NCBI GenBank assembly: GCA_963664435.2
Contig: CAXXKM010000001.1
Coordinates: 992,001 to 1,056,000, forward strand
Length of the DNA stretch: 64,000 bases
Direction of reading: 5' to 3'
From: Longimicrobiales bacterium
GTDB taxonomy: Bacteria; Gemmatimonadota; Gemmatimonadetes; Longimicrobiales; Gaopeijiaceae
Part shown: piece after piece, positions 48,089 through 60,317 of the stretch
Layout of the letters: each line of letters begins with the position of its first letter
Numbering within the stretch: the first letter of the stretch is position 1
The notes under the pieces: generated by a model
What the model saw: only the letters and a program-made list of their open reading frames with translations
What the model was told of the DNA's origin: nothing
The model's database searches: none
Made by a program: the position numbers and the translations under genes

Positions 48089-50386
48089 CTATCCTCCGAG
48101 AACGTTGAACTGCCGCGTGAACTTGACGATCAGGGAACGGGCCAGCGTGCCGCTCTCGACGAAGCGCCCGGCGCCGTCGTGGTTGAGCCCGGCGGGATAG
48201 TCGAAGCCCTGCACGTCGTTGTAGACGATGAACAGCCCCGTTCCCGCGGTGTTCAGCCAGCCGAAGCGAAGGTTGGCGGACCAGCTGTCGACCTGGTTCG
48301 AGTACTGCACCAGCGACTGCAGGTAGATGCGCGGGGTGAAGAAGTAGCCGAAGTTCATCCCCAGCAGAACTGTCTCGAACTCTCCCTCCGGCAGGCTCAC
48401 GTCAAAGTAGGTGACGCGCCCGGACGTGCTGAACGACGCATTCGGCCGGAAGGTGACGGAGCCGCTTCCGCCCGTGCGGCTGCCGGTGAGAAAGCTGCCG
48501 AAGGTGATCCGCGACGTGGCCGACAGGCGGGCGGCCGCATTGCTGTTGAACACCAGCTGGGATTCCCAGCCGCGGTACGTCCCCACGGGGATCGTCACGT
48601 CCGTCCCGCGGATCGTGAAGGGATCGTAAATGCCTTCGGTGACCAGGTTGGCGCCGGTGTGGATCTGCGCCCCCGAGGGCCACTCCCAGTGGGAGTCGAC
48701 GTGCAGCCGGGCCGATTCCTGAAAGCCCGTCTCGACCCCGCTCTTGCGGCTGTTGTAGGTGAAGTAGGATACGTGCGGCCGGATCTCGCGAAGCCATGTC
48801 GGCCGGATCTTGTACATCACGTGGTACTGGTAGTAGCGGTATCCCCTGCGCGGCAGGAAGCCCACTTCCGGGTTGAACCCCTCTCCGATCTCGCGGACCT
48901 GACCCGTCAGCGAAAAGCTCCGCATGTTGAGGTTTCCGGAAAAGTCCCAGGCGTACTCGTCGCTGGCGGTTTCCGGGCCGTCGGTCCTCGCAACGAAGCT
49001 GCCGAAGGTGATCGCCTCTCCGACGCCCACGGCGGCATCGACCGCCTGGGTACGGTTGAAGTCGCCGGCAGGTCCGCTCTTGTTGATGAACAGGCCCCCG
49101 AGGCGGGAGCGATTGGGCAGTTCCTTCGCGAGGCGGGCGACCGAGTACCCGTGAGCGTCAGCTCCCAGATCGCTCACGCCGTCGGCTTCGATGTGCAGCA
49201 GCCCGACGTTCAGGCCGGCGGCCCGGCCCGAGAGGCGCGCGCCCCCTTTGATCGGCACCGGCTGACCCTGGTGGATGCCGATGGCGCGGCTGAAGAACAG
49301 GTCGGCGCCTCCGCCGCCCACGCTGAAGAAGCCGGCGTTCTCAAGGAAGAAGGGCCTCTTCTCGGGGAAGTTGAGGGCGAAACGGGTGAGGTTGAGCTGC
49401 TGATCGTCTACCTCGACCTGGGCGAAGTCGGTGTTGTAGGTGACGTCGAGCGTAAGCCCCTGCGTGACCTGGAACTTGACCTCGCCGCCTACGTTGCCGT
49501 CCTGACCGAAGCCGGTCTCGGTGGCGCTGGTGTAGTCCCGTGCCGTCGATCCCAGCAGGTACGGGGTCACGGTGGCCAGGCGCTGGAAGGGAGGCCGCAG
49601 TCCCTCGAGGTCCCCGGCGTAGTTGAGGCGATAGAGGCTGAACTCCCTTGGCACCGGGGTCCAGAACGACTCCTCGTTCAGGCGCCGGATGCGCCGGGCC
49701 ACGTTGAACCCCCAGTTCTCGACGTCGTTGCCGTACCGCAGCGTGTTGAAGGGGATGCGGAATTCAGCATACCAGCCCTGGTCGTCGGTCGTGGTCGCGA
49801 CGGTCCAGCTGCCGTCCCAGTTCTTGTTGAAGCCGCCGCCGGATCCCGACTGGAAGCGTTGCCGGGTGTTGAAGCCGCCACCCTGGAAGCGACCGCCGCC
49901 GCGGCCCTCGTTGGCGACCTGCCCGTCGTACTCGATTCCGGTCGGGGTGGTGCCGAAGACGAAACCGTTCTGGTCGTCGTTGTAGGTATCCAGCACGAAG
50001 ACGACGTTGTCGCTCTGGCGTACCTCGTAGTCGCGGATGCGCTCGCCGTAGGTGATGTTTTCGGGCTGGCTGTCGAACGCCCACACGCCGACGTAGAGCG
50101 CTTCCTCGTCGAACACGACCCGGACCTCCGTGCGCTCGCTCGCGGGCTGCCCGTCCATGGGCTCGCGCTGCGTGAACCCGGTCATGACCGCAGCCTGCTG
50201 CCACGCGGACTCGTTCAGATCGCCGTCGACGCTGGGGCTTTCCGCCACCTCGGTCGCCGTGGCGACGATCGGCAAGGGCCCTCCCGACGCTCCGTTCCCG
50301 GGCTCCGACTGCGAGTTCTGGGCGAGCAGCGGGCCGGCGGCCAGGAAGGCCAGGATACACGCGGACAGGGCAGGACAGGCTTTCAT
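48089..50386 (-). CDS. DUF5916 / CBM9-like outer membrane protein (paralog B)
   Basis: Near-duplicate of 43223-45535; stop lies 2 nt before the copC start. Confidence 0.87.
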   Translation of the reverse strand: MKACPALSACILAFLAAGPLLAQNSQSEPGNGASGGPLPIVATATEVAESPSVDGDLNESAWQQAAVMTGFTQREPMDGQPASERTEVRVVFDEEALYVGVWAFDSQPENITYGERIRDYEVRQSDNVVFVLDTYNDDQNGFVFGTTPTGIEYDGQVANEGRGGGRFQGGGFNTRQRFQSGSGGGFNKNWDGSWTVATTTDDQGWYAEFRIPFNTLRYGNDVENWGFNVARRIRRLNEESFWTPVPREFSLYRLNYAGDLEGLRPPFQRLATVTPYLLGSTARDYTSATETGFGQDGNVGGEVKFQVTQGLTLDVTYNTDFAQVEVDDQQLNLTRFALNFPEKRPFFLENAGFFSVGGGGADLFFSRAIGIHQGQPVPIKGGARLSGRAAGLNVGLLHIEADGVSDLGADAHGYSVARLAKELPNRSRLGGLFINKSGPAGDFNRTQAVDAAVGVGEAITFGSFVARTDGPETASDEYAWDFSGNLNMRSFSLTGQVREIGEGFNPEVGFLPRRGYRYYQYHVMYKIRPTWLREIRPHVSYFTYNSRKSGVETGFQESARLHVDSHWEWPSGAQIHTGANLVTEGIYDPFTIRGTDVTIPVGTYRGWESQLVFNSNAAARLSATSRITFGSFLTGSRTGGSGSVTFRPNASFSTSGRVTYFDVSLPEGEFETVLLGMNFGYFFTPRIYLQSLVQYSNQVDSWSANLRFGWLNTAGTGLFIVYNDVQGFDYPAGLNHDGAGRFVESGTLARSLIVKFTRQFNVLGG

Positions 50387-50502
50387 GACGTTCCCTTACC
50401 GGATTGGTGGCGGCGGAGTCCTCTAATTTCGCAGAAACATCCCCTGTTCGCCAGAGAGCGCGGGCGGTTTCCGGGCGCGCGCCACCCTTTCCGGAGGTAT
50501 CG

Positions 50503-51816
50503 TCACCGGGAAGACCGACGCACTACTCGGACAGCCGACGGAATCAGAATGCTCACCGCGGCGACCCGGCCGGCCAGCGACGCTCCGGCCGCGGCGGTGA
50601 CGCCCGCCCAGCCGAAGGCCTGCACCATCAGCGGGAAGCCCACAGCGATACAAACGACCTCGGTGGCGGTCGCGAGCGTCACCGGCCGGGTCAGGCGGGC
50701 CTTGATCAGGATCCCGCGCTCGAGCGAGAGGAACGCCGACAGGAACGGCAGCGGGATGAAGAGGATGGTGGGCAGGATGGCGAAGGCGGCCAGGTCGGGG
50801 GTGAGCCCGGAAATGGTCTCGAACCACACGCTGGAGAAGGGGGTGAGCCCGAAGACGGCGAGGCAGCCGGTGGTGACGAGACCCAGCGACAGGGCAAACC
50901 TGCGCAGCGAAGGAAGTTGCTCCTGCCGCTCGCCCAGCAGGGCGATGGTGACCTCCTGGTAGGCCAGGCACACCGCGCGGAAGATGAAGGTGAGCGAGCC
51001 GACAACCGGAAAGACCGCCAGCGACTCGACCGGATCCGGAGCCCGGCCCATGAAGAAGGTGAGCAGCGGCTGGGCCGCGAACCCGAGCAGCGAGGTGAGC
51101 GCGAGCGGGTAGTAGAAGCGGGAGATGATCCCGTAGTTGAGCACTCCGGGATGGGGCCCGGAGGTGCGGGCGAGGATGCGCGCCACGGAGCCGCGCGCCA
51201 TCCAGCGGCTCGCCGCGGCCTCGGTGCACACGCCGGCGGTCATCGCCCCGGCCGCAACCAGGGTGCCCGGGATGCCCAGCCGGGCCAGCACCACCGCCGT
51301 CAGGGCGATGGCGGAGATGCGCGTCACCGTCCCCGCGGCCACCAGGCGCGTGCGCCCGTCGCGGATCAGCAGCCCCTGGTAGAAGCGCCGGTAGCCGATC
51401 GCCGCCGGCCAGGGCACAAGCAGCCGGAGCGCCCCCTCGACGAGCAGCGCCACCTCCCCGGGGAGCGCGAGTAAATCGAGTGCGATGAAGTCGAACACCG
51501 GAGGCAGAAGCACCAGCAGGAGCACCCCGGTGGTGCCGGCGTTCAGGAGGAAGGCGAAGCGCCGCAGCTTGCGGAAGCTGTGCGCGTCCTCCGCGAGAGC
51601 CGTGGAGGTGGTCATCAGCATCACGACCGGGGACTCCACCAGCATCGCGATGGCGAAGGCCACGCCGTAGGCCGCTAGGTTGATCTTGGCGTCGGGCAGC
51701 CGCGCGATGACCGCGGCGAGGAAGGGCCCCTCCACCGCCATCATCAGCCATGTGGCGGCCAGAGGAGCCCAGAAGAGCAGGATGGTCCGCTGCGAGAGCG
51801 GCGCGGGAACGCTCAA
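50503..51816 (-). CDS. MATE/MOP-like multi-pass membrane protein
   Basis: About 12 hydrophobic segments; 'PLAATWLMMAVEGP'. Confidence 0.65.
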   Translation of the reverse strand: MSVPAPLSQRTILLFWAPLAATWLMMAVEGPFLAAVIARLPDAKINLAAYGVAFAIAMLVESPVVMLMTTSTALAEDAHSFRKLRRFAFLLNAGTTGVLLLVLLPPVFDFIALDLLALPGEVALLVEGALRLLVPWPAAIGYRRFYQGLLIRDGRTRLVAAGTVTRISAIALTAVVLARLGIPGTLVAAGAMTAGVCTEAAASRWMARGSVARILARTSGPHPGVLNYGIISRFYYPLALTSLLGFAAQPLLTFFMGRAPDPVESLAVFPVVGSLTFIFRAVCLAYQEVTIALLGERQEQLPSLRRFALSLGLVTTGCLAVFGLTPFSSVWFETISGLTPDLAAFAILPTILFIPLPFLSAFLSLERGILIKARLTRPVTLATATEVVCIAVGFPLMVQAFGWAGVTAAAGASLAGRVAAVSILIPSAVRVVRRSSR

Positions 51817-51832
51817 CGGGTCTCGAAGCCGA

Positions 51833-52465
51833 TTACCGGTTTCCCCCGGTCGGACGGACCGCCGCCCGCTCTTCGAAGCGGGTGATCTCGGCCTCCAGCT
51901 GCAGCGTGAGGCCGATGTCGTCGAGGCCCTCGAGCAGGCACCGGCGCCGGAAGTCGTCGATTTCGAATCCGAGGCGCCATCCGGCGGCGTCGCCCACGGT
52001 GCACGCTTCCACGTCGACGGTCAGGGCGTAGCCCGGATGCTCGACGGCGCGGGCCAGCACGCCCGCGACCTCCTCTTCCGGCAGGGCCAGCGGCAGGATG
52101 CCGTTCTGGTAGCAGTTGGACTCGAAGATGTCCGCGAAGCTCGGCGCGATCACGACCCGGACGCCGTAGTCCGCGATCGACCAGGCGGCGTGCTCGCGCG
52201 AGGAGCCGCAGCCGAAGTTGCGGCCCGCCGCGAGGATGGCGGCGCCGGCGTAGCCGGGCTGGTTGAGCACGAAGTCGGTGCGGGGCGAGCCGTCGGGGTG
52301 GAAGCGCCAGTCGTTGAAGAGGAACTGCCCGTAGCCGGCTCGCTCCACCCGCTTCAGGAACTGCTTGGGGATGATCTGGTCGGTGTCCACGTCGGCGCGG
52401 TCGAGGGGCGCCACGATGCCCGCGACGCGGCGCAGCGGCTCGATGCCGTGGGTGGTGGCGCTCAC
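51833..52465 (-). CDS. leuD: 3-isopropylmalate dehydratase small subunit
   Basis: '[13 protein letters not shown]', '[11 protein letters not shown]', 'SFADIF', 'GLDDIGLTL'; GTG start overlaps the leuC stop. Confidence 0.96.
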   Translation of the reverse strand: MSATTHGIEPLRRVAGIVAPLDRADVDTDQIIPKQFLKRVERAGYGQFLFNDWRFHPDGSPRTDFVLNQPGYAGAAILAAGRNFGCGSSREHAAWSIADYGVRVVIAPSFADIFESNCYQNGILPLALPEEEVAGVLARAVEHPGYALTVDVEACTVGDAAGWRLGFEIDDFRRRCLLEGLDDIGLTLQLEAEITRFEERAAVRPTGGNR

Positions 52466-53871
52466 GTCCGGCTCCTCACGTCGGTGAAACGGCCCGCCAC
52501 GGCGGCGGCGGCCGCCATCGCCGGGCTCACCAGGTGGGTGCGCGCTCCCCTGCCCTGCCGGCCCTCGAAGTTCCGGTTGGAGGTGGAGGCGCAGCGTTCG
52601 CCGGGCCCGGCGATGTCGTCGTTCATCCCCAGGCACATGGAGCAGCCCGACTCGCGCCACTCGAAGCCGGCGTCGCGGAAGACGCGGTCGAGCCCCTCGG
52701 CCTCGGCGGCCGCCTTGACCGCGGTGGAGCCGGGAACGACCAGCGCGTTCACGCGCGGGTTCACCCTGCGGCCGCGCGCGACCCCCGCCGCCTCGCGCAG
52801 GTCCTCGATGCGGGAGTTGGTGCATGAGCCGATGAAGACGCGGTCCAGTTCGACCTCCTGCATGGGCGTGCCCGGCTCGAGCCCCATGTAGGAGAGCGCC
52901 CGCTCGGCGGTGGCCCGGCTGTCCGGGTCGGCGAGGTCGGCGGGGTCGGGGACGCGCCCGGACACGGGGACCACCATGCCGGGATTGGTCCCCCAGGTGA
53001 CCTGCGGCTCCAGGTCGGCCAGGTCGACCTCCACCACCCGGTCGAAGCGCGCGCCCCGGTCGGTGCGCAGGGTCGACCAGCGCGCCACCGCCTCATCGAA
53101 GGCATCGCCCGCGGGCGCGCGCGAGCGCCCGCGCAAGTACGAAAAGGTCGTCTGGTCGGGCGCGATCATGCCGGCGCGCGCACCCGCCTCGATGGACATG
53201 TTGCACACCGTCATGCGGCCCTCCATGGAGAGCGCGCGGATCGCCTCGCCGCGGTATTCCAGCACGTGCCCCGCCCCCCCCGCCACCCCGATGCGGCCGA
53301 TGGTGTGGAGGATCAGGTCCTTCGCGGTGAGCCCCGGCCCGAGGCGCCCGCGGTACCGGACCTCCATGCTGCGCGGGCGCTCCATGAGCAGGCACTGGGT
53401 GGCGAGCACGTGTTCGACCTGCGAGGTGCCGATCCCGAACGCGATCGCCCCGAAGGCCCCGTGCGTGGAGGTGTGGCTGTCCCCGCACACGATGGTCATG
53501 CCGGGCCGGGTGGCGCCCAGTTCGGGGCCGATGACGTGCACGATGCCCTGCCGGTCGTGACCCATGTCGTAGAGCGTGATGCCGTGCTCGGCGGCGTTCT
53601 CGCGGAGCGCCTCGATCTGGCGGGTCGCCACCGGGTCGGCGACCGGGAGGGAGCGGTGGGTGGTGGGCACGTTGTGGTCGACGGTGGCCAGGGTGCGCTC
53701 CGGACGGCGAACCGCGCGCCCGGCCGCGTTGAGCCCCGCGAACGCCTGCGGCGACGTTACCTCGTGCACCAGGTGCAGGTCGATGTAGATGAGGTCGGGG
53801 CGCCCCTCCTCGCGGCGCACGACGTGCTGCTCCCAGACCTTCTCGAACAGGGTGGTGGACCGGGCGTTCAT
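52462..53871 (-). CDS. leuC: 3-isopropylmalate dehydratase large subunit
   Basis: '[12 protein letters not shown]', '[13 protein letters not shown]', 'GSCTNSR', '[12 protein letters not shown]'. Confidence 0.97.
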   Translation of the reverse strand: MNARSTTLFEKVWEQHVVRREEGRPDLIYIDLHLVHEVTSPQAFAGLNAAGRAVRRPERTLATVDHNVPTTHRSLPVADPVATRQIEALRENAAEHGITLYDMGHDRQGIVHVIGPELGATRPGMTIVCGDSHTSTHGAFGAIAFGIGTSQVEHVLATQCLLMERPRSMEVRYRGRLGPGLTAKDLILHTIGRIGVAGGAGHVLEYRGEAIRALSMEGRMTVCNMSIEAGARAGMIAPDQTTFSYLRGRSRAPAGDAFDEAVARWSTLRTDRGARFDRVVEVDLADLEPQVTWGTNPGMVVPVSGRVPDPADLADPDSRATAERALSYMGLEPGTPMQEVELDRVFIGSCTNSRIEDLREAAGVARGRRVNPRVNALVVPGSTAVKAAAEAEGLDRVFRDAGFEWRESGCSMCLGMNDDIAGPGERCASTSNRNFEGRQGRGARTHLVSPAMAAAAAVAGRFTDVRSRT

Positions 53872-53925
53872 TGGCGCTCGTGGACTGGTGGGCGCATCAT
53901 GCCGGCTCGCCGGCGGGCCGGGCGT

Positions 53926-55620
53926 TCATGCCCGGTTGGTGACCGCGCCCTCCGACGCGGATGCGACCAGGCGCGCGTACTTGCGCATCACGCCGGTGGC
54001 GGGACCGTTGACGGACTGCGCGGAAGGGCGCCAGGCGCTCGCCCGCTCGCGGATCTCCTCGTCGCTCAGGTCGACCGAAAGGGTGCGCGCGGCCACGTCG
54101 AAGGTGATCGTGTCGCCGTCCCGCACCGCCGCGATGGGTCCGCCGTCCACCGCCTCGGGCGCGACGTGGCCGGCCATCAGCCCGTGGGTGGCGCCCGAGA
54201 AGCGGCCGTCGGTGAGCAGCCCCACCGAGGGCCCCAGCCCCGCCCCGGTGAGCGCCGCCGTGACCGCCAGCATCTCCCGCATGCCCGGCCCGCCGCGCGG
54301 CCCCTCCCCCCGGATCACCAGCACGTCGCCCGGGGAGATGGCGCCCGCCTGCACCGCCTCGAAGGCGTCTTCCTCGCAGTCGAACACCCGCGCCGGTCCG
54401 CTGTGATGGCCGCGCTCCGGGCCGGCCACCTTCAGCACGCACCCGTCGGGCGCCAGGTTGCCCTTCAGGATGAGCAGGCCGCCGTGCGGCTTCACCGGGT
54501 CGCCCACGGTCGAAACCACCTCCTGTCCGGCCGCCTCGGCCGCCAGCTCCGCCTCCTCCGCCACCGTGCGCCCGGTGACCGTGGCCGCGCCACCGTCGAG
54601 CAGCCCCGCCCCCAGCAGCCGGGCCGCCAGCAGCCGCACCCCGCCCGCCGCGTGCATGTCGGTGGCCACGAACCGCCCCCACGGCTTCATGTCCGCGATC
54701 ACGGGCGTGCGCGCGCTGATGCGGTCGAAGTCCTCCAGGTCGAGCTCCACCCCCGCCTCGCGCGCGACCGCGAGCAGGTGCAGCACCGCGTTGGTCGACC
54801 CGCCGGTGGCCACCGCCAGCGTGACCCCGTTCGTCATGGACGCGCGCGTGAGGATCTGCCGGGCCGTCACCCCGCGCCGCACCAGGTCGACCGCCAGGCG
54901 GCCGCAGTCGCGCGCGACCCCCGCCTTGGCCGGATCGGTGGCCGGCACCGAGCCGCTCCCCATCGGCGAGATGCCCATCGCCTCGAAGACGGTCGCCATG
55001 GTGTTGGCGGTGAACTGCCCCCCGCACGAGCCCGCCCCCGGGCACGCCGCGCGCTCCAGTTCGTCCAGATCCTCCTCGCTGATGCGGCCGGCCGCGCACG
55101 CCCCGATCCCCTCGAACACGTCCTGGATGGTGACGTCGCGCCCCCGGTAGCGGCCCGGCTGGATGGAGCCGCCGTAGAGCATCAGGCTCGGCAGATCCAG
55201 GCGGGCGAGCGCCATGACCGTCCCCGGGATGGTCTTGTCGCACCCGGAGATGGCCACCACCCCGTCGAACCCGTAGGCGTCCCCCACCAGCTCGATGGAG
55301 TCGGCGACCAGCTCGCGGCTCACCAGCGAGGCCTTCATGCCCGCCGTGCCCATGGTGATGCCGTCCGAGATGGCGATGGTGTTGACCTCGAGCGGCATGC
55401 CCCCCGCGTCGCGGATCCCCTGCCGCACGGAGTCGGCGAGGTCGCGCAGGTGGGCGTTGCAGGGGGTGGTGTCGGTCCAGGTGTTCGCGATCGCGATCAG
55501 CGGCCTGGAGAAGTCGTCGTCCTCCATCCCGACCGCGCGCAGCATGGAGCGCGCCGCCGCCCGGTCCCGCCCGGCGACGAGCGCCTGGCTGCGGAGCGGA
55601 AGTCGTCGGGGGCTCGTCAT
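53926..55620 (-). CDS. ilvD: Dihydroxy-acid dehydratase
   Basis: 'PCNAHL', 'SDGITMG', 'GCDKTIPG', 'CGGQFTANTM', 'GGPGMREM', 'TDGRFSG'. Confidence 0.96.
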   Translation of the reverse strand: MTSPRRLPLRSQALVAGRDRAAARSMLRAVGMEDDDFSRPLIAIANTWTDTTPCNAHLRDLADSVRQGIRDAGGMPLEVNTIAISDGITMGTAGMKASLVSRELVADSIELVGDAYGFDGVVAISGCDKTIPGTVMALARLDLPSLMLYGGSIQPGRYRGRDVTIQDVFEGIGACAAGRISEEDLDELERAACPGAGSCGGQFTANTMATVFEAMGISPMGSGSVPATDPAKAGVARDCGRLAVDLVRRGVTARQILTRASMTNGVTLAVATGGSTNAVLHLLAVAREAGVELDLEDFDRISARTPVIADMKPWGRFVATDMHAAGGVRLLAARLLGAGLLDGGAATVTGRTVAEEAELAAEAAGQEVVSTVGDPVKPHGGLLILKGNLAPDGCVLKVAGPERGHHSGPARVFDCEEDAFEAVQAGAISPGDVLVIRGEGPRGGPGMREMLAVTAALTGAGLGPSVGLLTDGRFSGATHGLMAGHVAPEAVDGGPIAAVRDGDTITFDVAARTLSVDLSDEEIRERASAWRPSAQSVNGPATGVMRKYARLVASASEGAVTNRA

Positions 55621-55663
55621 CCTCGGAGCTCCCGGTGCTCGCGCGGATTCACTCCGCGGTCCG

Positions 55664-56653
55664 CTAGAGCCACGCCATATGCGCGCGCAGCTTCTTGCCC
55701 ACCACCTCGATCGGATGCTCGGCCCCGTCCACCCGCATGCGGTCGAAACACGCCTGCCCGCCACGCGCCTCGTCGATCCACTGGCGGGCGAAGGCGCCGG
55801 ACTGCACCTCCGCGAGAATCTCCTTCATCGCCGCGCGCGAGGCCTCGCCCACGACCCGCGGGCCGCTCACGTAGTCGCCGTACTCGGCGGTGTCGCTCAC
55901 CTCGCGGCGCATCCCCTGTATCCCGTGCTTGTACGCCAGATCCACGATCAGCTTCAGCTCGTGCAGGCACTCGAAATACGCCAGCGCGGGGTCGTAGCCG
56001 GCCTCCACCAGCGTCTCGAAACCGGCCTGCACCAGCGCGGTGAAGCCTCCGCACAGCACCGCCTGCTCGCCGAACAGGTCGGTTTCGGTCTCGGCCGCGA
56101 AGGTGGTTTCGAGGATGCCCGCGCGCGTGCACCCGAGCCCGGCCGCGTACGCCTTGGCGAACTCGGTCGCGTTGCCGGTGGAATCCTGATGCACCGCGTA
56201 GAGCGCCGGCACCCCGCGCCCGGCGACGAACTCCTCGCGCACCCGGTTCCCGGGGGACTTGGGCGCGATCAGGATGACGTCGGTGTGGTCGGGCGGGACG
56301 ATCTCGTTGTAGTGCACGTTGAAGCCGTGCGCGAAGACGAGGGTGTCGCCCGTCTCGAGAAACGGTTCGATGTCGGCTTCGTAGACGTCGCGCTGCACCG
56401 TGTCCGGGATGAGGACGGAGACCACGTTCGCCCCGTCGGCGGCCTCGGCGACCGAAGCCACCCTCAGCCCGTCGGTGCGCGCCTTCTCCGCGGAGGAGCT
56501 TCCGTCATAGAGACCCACCACGACGTCGGCTCCCGAATCCCGCAGGTTCAACGCGTGCGCATGGCCCTGGCTGCCGTAGCCGATGACGGCCACGGACCTG
56601 TCCTGAAGAAGTTCGGTGGAGGCTCCATTGCTCCCCATCGTCGCTTCGCTCAT
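55664..56653 (-). CDS. ilvC: Ketol-acid reductoisomerase
   Basis: '[18 protein letters not shown]', '[16 protein letters not shown]', 'SDTAEYG'. Confidence 0.97.
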   Translation of the reverse strand: MSEATMGSNGASTELLQDRSVAVIGYGSQGHAHALNLRDSGADVVVGLYDGSSSAEKARTDGLRVASVAEAADGANVVSVLIPDTVQRDVYEADIEPFLETGDTLVFAHGFNVHYNEIVPPDHTDVILIAPKSPGNRVREEFVAGRGVPALYAVHQDSTGNATEFAKAYAAGLGCTRAGILETTFAAETETDLFGEQAVLCGGFTALVQAGFETLVEAGYDPALAYFECLHELKLIVDLAYKHGIQGMRREVSDTAEYGDYVSGPRVVGEASRAAMKEILAEVQSGAFARQWIDEARGGQACFDRMRVDGAEHPIEVVGKKLRAHMAWL

Positions 56654-56737
56654 CTGCCGGTATCCTCGTCTGTGCGCGCCCGTGCGCGCGATCTGTAAAT
56701 GTGGGGTTGGAAAAGGCCCGTCGACCTGGCCGGGTTA

Positions 56738-56787
56738 ACCTGTTTCTCCGGGCTACCTGTTTCTCCGGGCTACCTGTACATGCCGGG

Positions 56788-56797
<10 letters not shown>
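56738..56797. repeat. 17-18 bp tandem repeats (ACCTGTTTCTCCGGGCT-like) across the leuA stop
   Basis: Two exact copies, one degenerate copy and one partial copy. Confidence 0.75.
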
Positions 56798-58002
<1,205 letters not shown>

Positions 58003-58083
58003 GTGTACTCCTCGGTAATCGGTACCGCCGGGAGAAATGGTAACAGCTTGCGCCGCGACCGGGGATTGCCGCCGCGTTCCGCC

Positions 58084-58210
58084 GGCATCAACCGCCTCTT
58101 CCCTCTGGCTTCAACCGCCGCACCCCCCTGGCATCAACCCGTCGCGTCCCCTTGGCTTCAACCGCCGTGTCCCACTGGCTTCAGCCGCTGCGTCCCTCCG
58201 GCATCAACCT
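58084..58210. repeat. Six degenerate ~23-bp tandem repeats (GGC[AT]TCAACCGCC core)
   Basis: Repeated GGCATCAACC/GGCTTCAACC cores upstream of leuA. Confidence 0.75.
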
Positions 58211-58241
58211 CGCTACTTCTGCCGCTCCAGTACGTGAGGGA

Positions 58242-58676
58242 TCAGTGCCAGTGCGTGAGGATGATCGCGAAGATCATGAGGCGGACCAGGTCGAACCCGG
58301 AGTTGATGGCGACCAGCCCCCACTTCTTCCCCTCCCACGCAACCCGCCCCATCTGAAGCGGAAGGAAGAAGCCCAGCCAGGGCCAGAAAGCGCCGTTCCA
58401 GGCGTAGACCCAGGGCGCCTGATCGGGACCCGCGCCCCACGCGGAAGGCCGAACCAGCGCCACGTAGTGGGCAAGCACGAACACGAGAAGGAAGCAGCCC
58501 AGGGCGTAGATGACCATGGCCTTGGCCATCCCTCCCTGGGCGTCTTCGCCCTCCATTCCCATGTGACGGGCCCAGGCCTTGCCGAACAGCGGCCCGAACC
58601 AGAGGAATCCAAGCGGCATCGCGACGACGACACAGACGAGGATGGCCAGGTAGTTGACCGAGACCGTCGGTTCCAT
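58242..58676 (-). CDS. DUF1761 family membrane protein
   Basis: 'NYLAILV...LGFLWFGPLFGKAW'; four TM segments. Confidence 0.85.
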   Translation of the reverse strand: MEPTVSVNYLAILVCVVVAMPLGFLWFGPLFGKAWARHMGMEGEDAQGGMAKAMVIYALGCFLLVFVLAHYVALVRPSAWGAGPDQAPWVYAWNGAFWPWLGFFLPLQMGRVAWEGKKWGLVAINSGFDLVRLMIFAIILTHWH

Positions 58677-59050
58677 GCGCTGTCCTCGCTCGTGCCCGTC
58701 CAGTTTCGCCCGGCATCGGCCGGACATGTCATGCCCCGGAACCGGCAGGGTGCGCCGATCCCCGGTAAACATCTGATCCTGCACCGATGCAGCAACGGAA
58801 TCCTGCAAGCAATCATGCTTGCGTCAGCCGCGCAAGGTTGGCGGGGACGATACAAGGCCGGCGGGGACGAAAATGGCATCTCGGCCGCCGGCGTCGCCCG
58901 GGTTCCGCATCCCGCGAGACTTGTACTTCCGATTATCATGATGATCCGAGGCAGCGCTTCCATTCGTCAGAGATCGGAGCGGTCGGGGAGATCCGGGCAG
59001 AGCCCGAACCAGGAGCATCGAATCATCCGCGAGACCGAGGGAGAGTAAGC

Positions 59051-60187
59051 GTGAAGGTCGGCCTGGTGGGATTCCCGGGTTCGGGGAAGACGACCGTGTT
59101 CAATGCGATGACCGGTCAGGATGTCCCGGTCGGTTACGGGGGCGAGGTGCGCCGCGCCGTCGTGGACGTCCCGGATCGCCGGGTGGAGTGGCTCTCGACC
59201 CTCTACCGGCCGAACAAAACCACCTTCGCCAGCATCGTCTTCTGCGACATCCCCGGGGAGCACGGCTCCGAACAGCGCGGCCTCTCGACCGCGGCGCTGC
59301 AGCAGGTGCGTGACCAGGAGGCCCTCTGCCTGGTCCTGCGCGGCTTCGACAACCCGGCGCTCGAGCACGCCCCCGATCCGGCAGCCGAACTCGAGGCGTT
59401 CCACGCCGAGTGCGTCCTCGCCGACCTCGTGTTCGTCGAACGCTGGCTGGAGCGGGCGCGCAAGGAGGCGAAGCGCGGGCTCGAGGTTGCGGCCTTCGAA
59501 CGCATGCGCGAGGCCCTCGAGTCGGAACAGCCGCTGCGCGTTGTCCCGGAATCGGAACTGGATCGTTCGCTCCTGCGCGGCTATTCGCTGGTCACCGACG
59601 CGCCGCTGCTGGCCGTGCTCAACCGCAAGGAAGCCGACTCGGAGGAGGCGCTGCCGGGCGAACTCGATGACGCGCTGCCGGACGAACTCGATGACGCGCC
59701 GCTAAGCGATCTCGATGCCGCGCCGCCGGGCGATTTCGATGACGCACTGCCGGGCGAACTCCGGGAAGCGCTGGCCCGCATGGGCGCCGGGGGCATGACC
59801 CTTTCGGCAAGCCTCGAGGCCGAGATCGCGATGCTGGAGCCGGCGGATCAGCAGGAGTTCCTGAGCGACATGGGGCTGGCCGAACCCGCCCTCGACCGCT
59901 TCATCCGCGCGGCCTACCAGCTGCAGGACCTGATCTCCTTCTTCACCGTGGCCGGCCCGGAGGTGCGCGCCTGGACCATCCGCGCGGGCACCGATGCCCG
60001 ACGGGCCGCCGGGAAGATCCACTCGGACATGGAGCGCGGCTTCATCCGGGCGGAGGTTATCCCCTGCGATGTCCTGGAGGAATACGGATCCGAGCAGGCG
60101 GTGAAATCGGCGGGACGGCTGCGCGTGGAAGGCAGGGACTACGTCGTGCAGGACGGCGATATTCTGCGGGTGCACTTTAATGTCTAG
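59051..60187 (+). CDS. ychF: YchF-family (Obg-like) ATPase with an internal repeat insertion
   Basis: 'GFPGSGKTT', 'DIPG', 'LISFFT...EVRAWTI', 'AAGKIHSDMERGFIRAEV', 'EGRDYVVQDGD'. Confidence 0.92.
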   Translation: MKVGLVGFPGSGKTTVFNAMTGQDVPVGYGGEVRRAVVDVPDRRVEWLSTLYRPNKTTFASIVFCDIPGEHGSEQRGLSTAALQQVRDQEALCLVLRGFDNPALEHAPDPAAELEAFHAECVLADLVFVERWLERARKEAKRGLEVAAFERMREALESEQPLRVVPESELDRSLLRGYSLVTDAPLLAVLNRKEADSEEALPGELDDALPDELDDAPLSDLDAAPPGDFDDALPGELREALARMGAGGMTLSASLEAEIAMLEPADQQEFLSDMGLAEPALDRFIRAAYQLQDLISFFTVAGPEVRAWTIRAGTDARRAAGKIHSDMERGFIRAEVIPCDVLEEYGSEQAVKSAGRLRVEGRDYVVQDGDILRVHFNV

Positions 60188-60317
60188 TACGCGCGCCCGC
60201 GTGATTCATGAGGCGCCCGCGTGCATTACACGACGCGCGCCCCGGGGCATCCGCTCCAGGTGAAACCTGCCTTGACCAAACCCTGCCCTGACTCGGCAGG
60301 CATCGGGAGGAGGGCGG

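Noticed and set aside
58003..58241. Leu/Ile/Val attenuator leader or T-box upstream of leuA
   Set aside because: No Leu/Ile/Val-rich leader peptide and no terminator with a U-tract seen.
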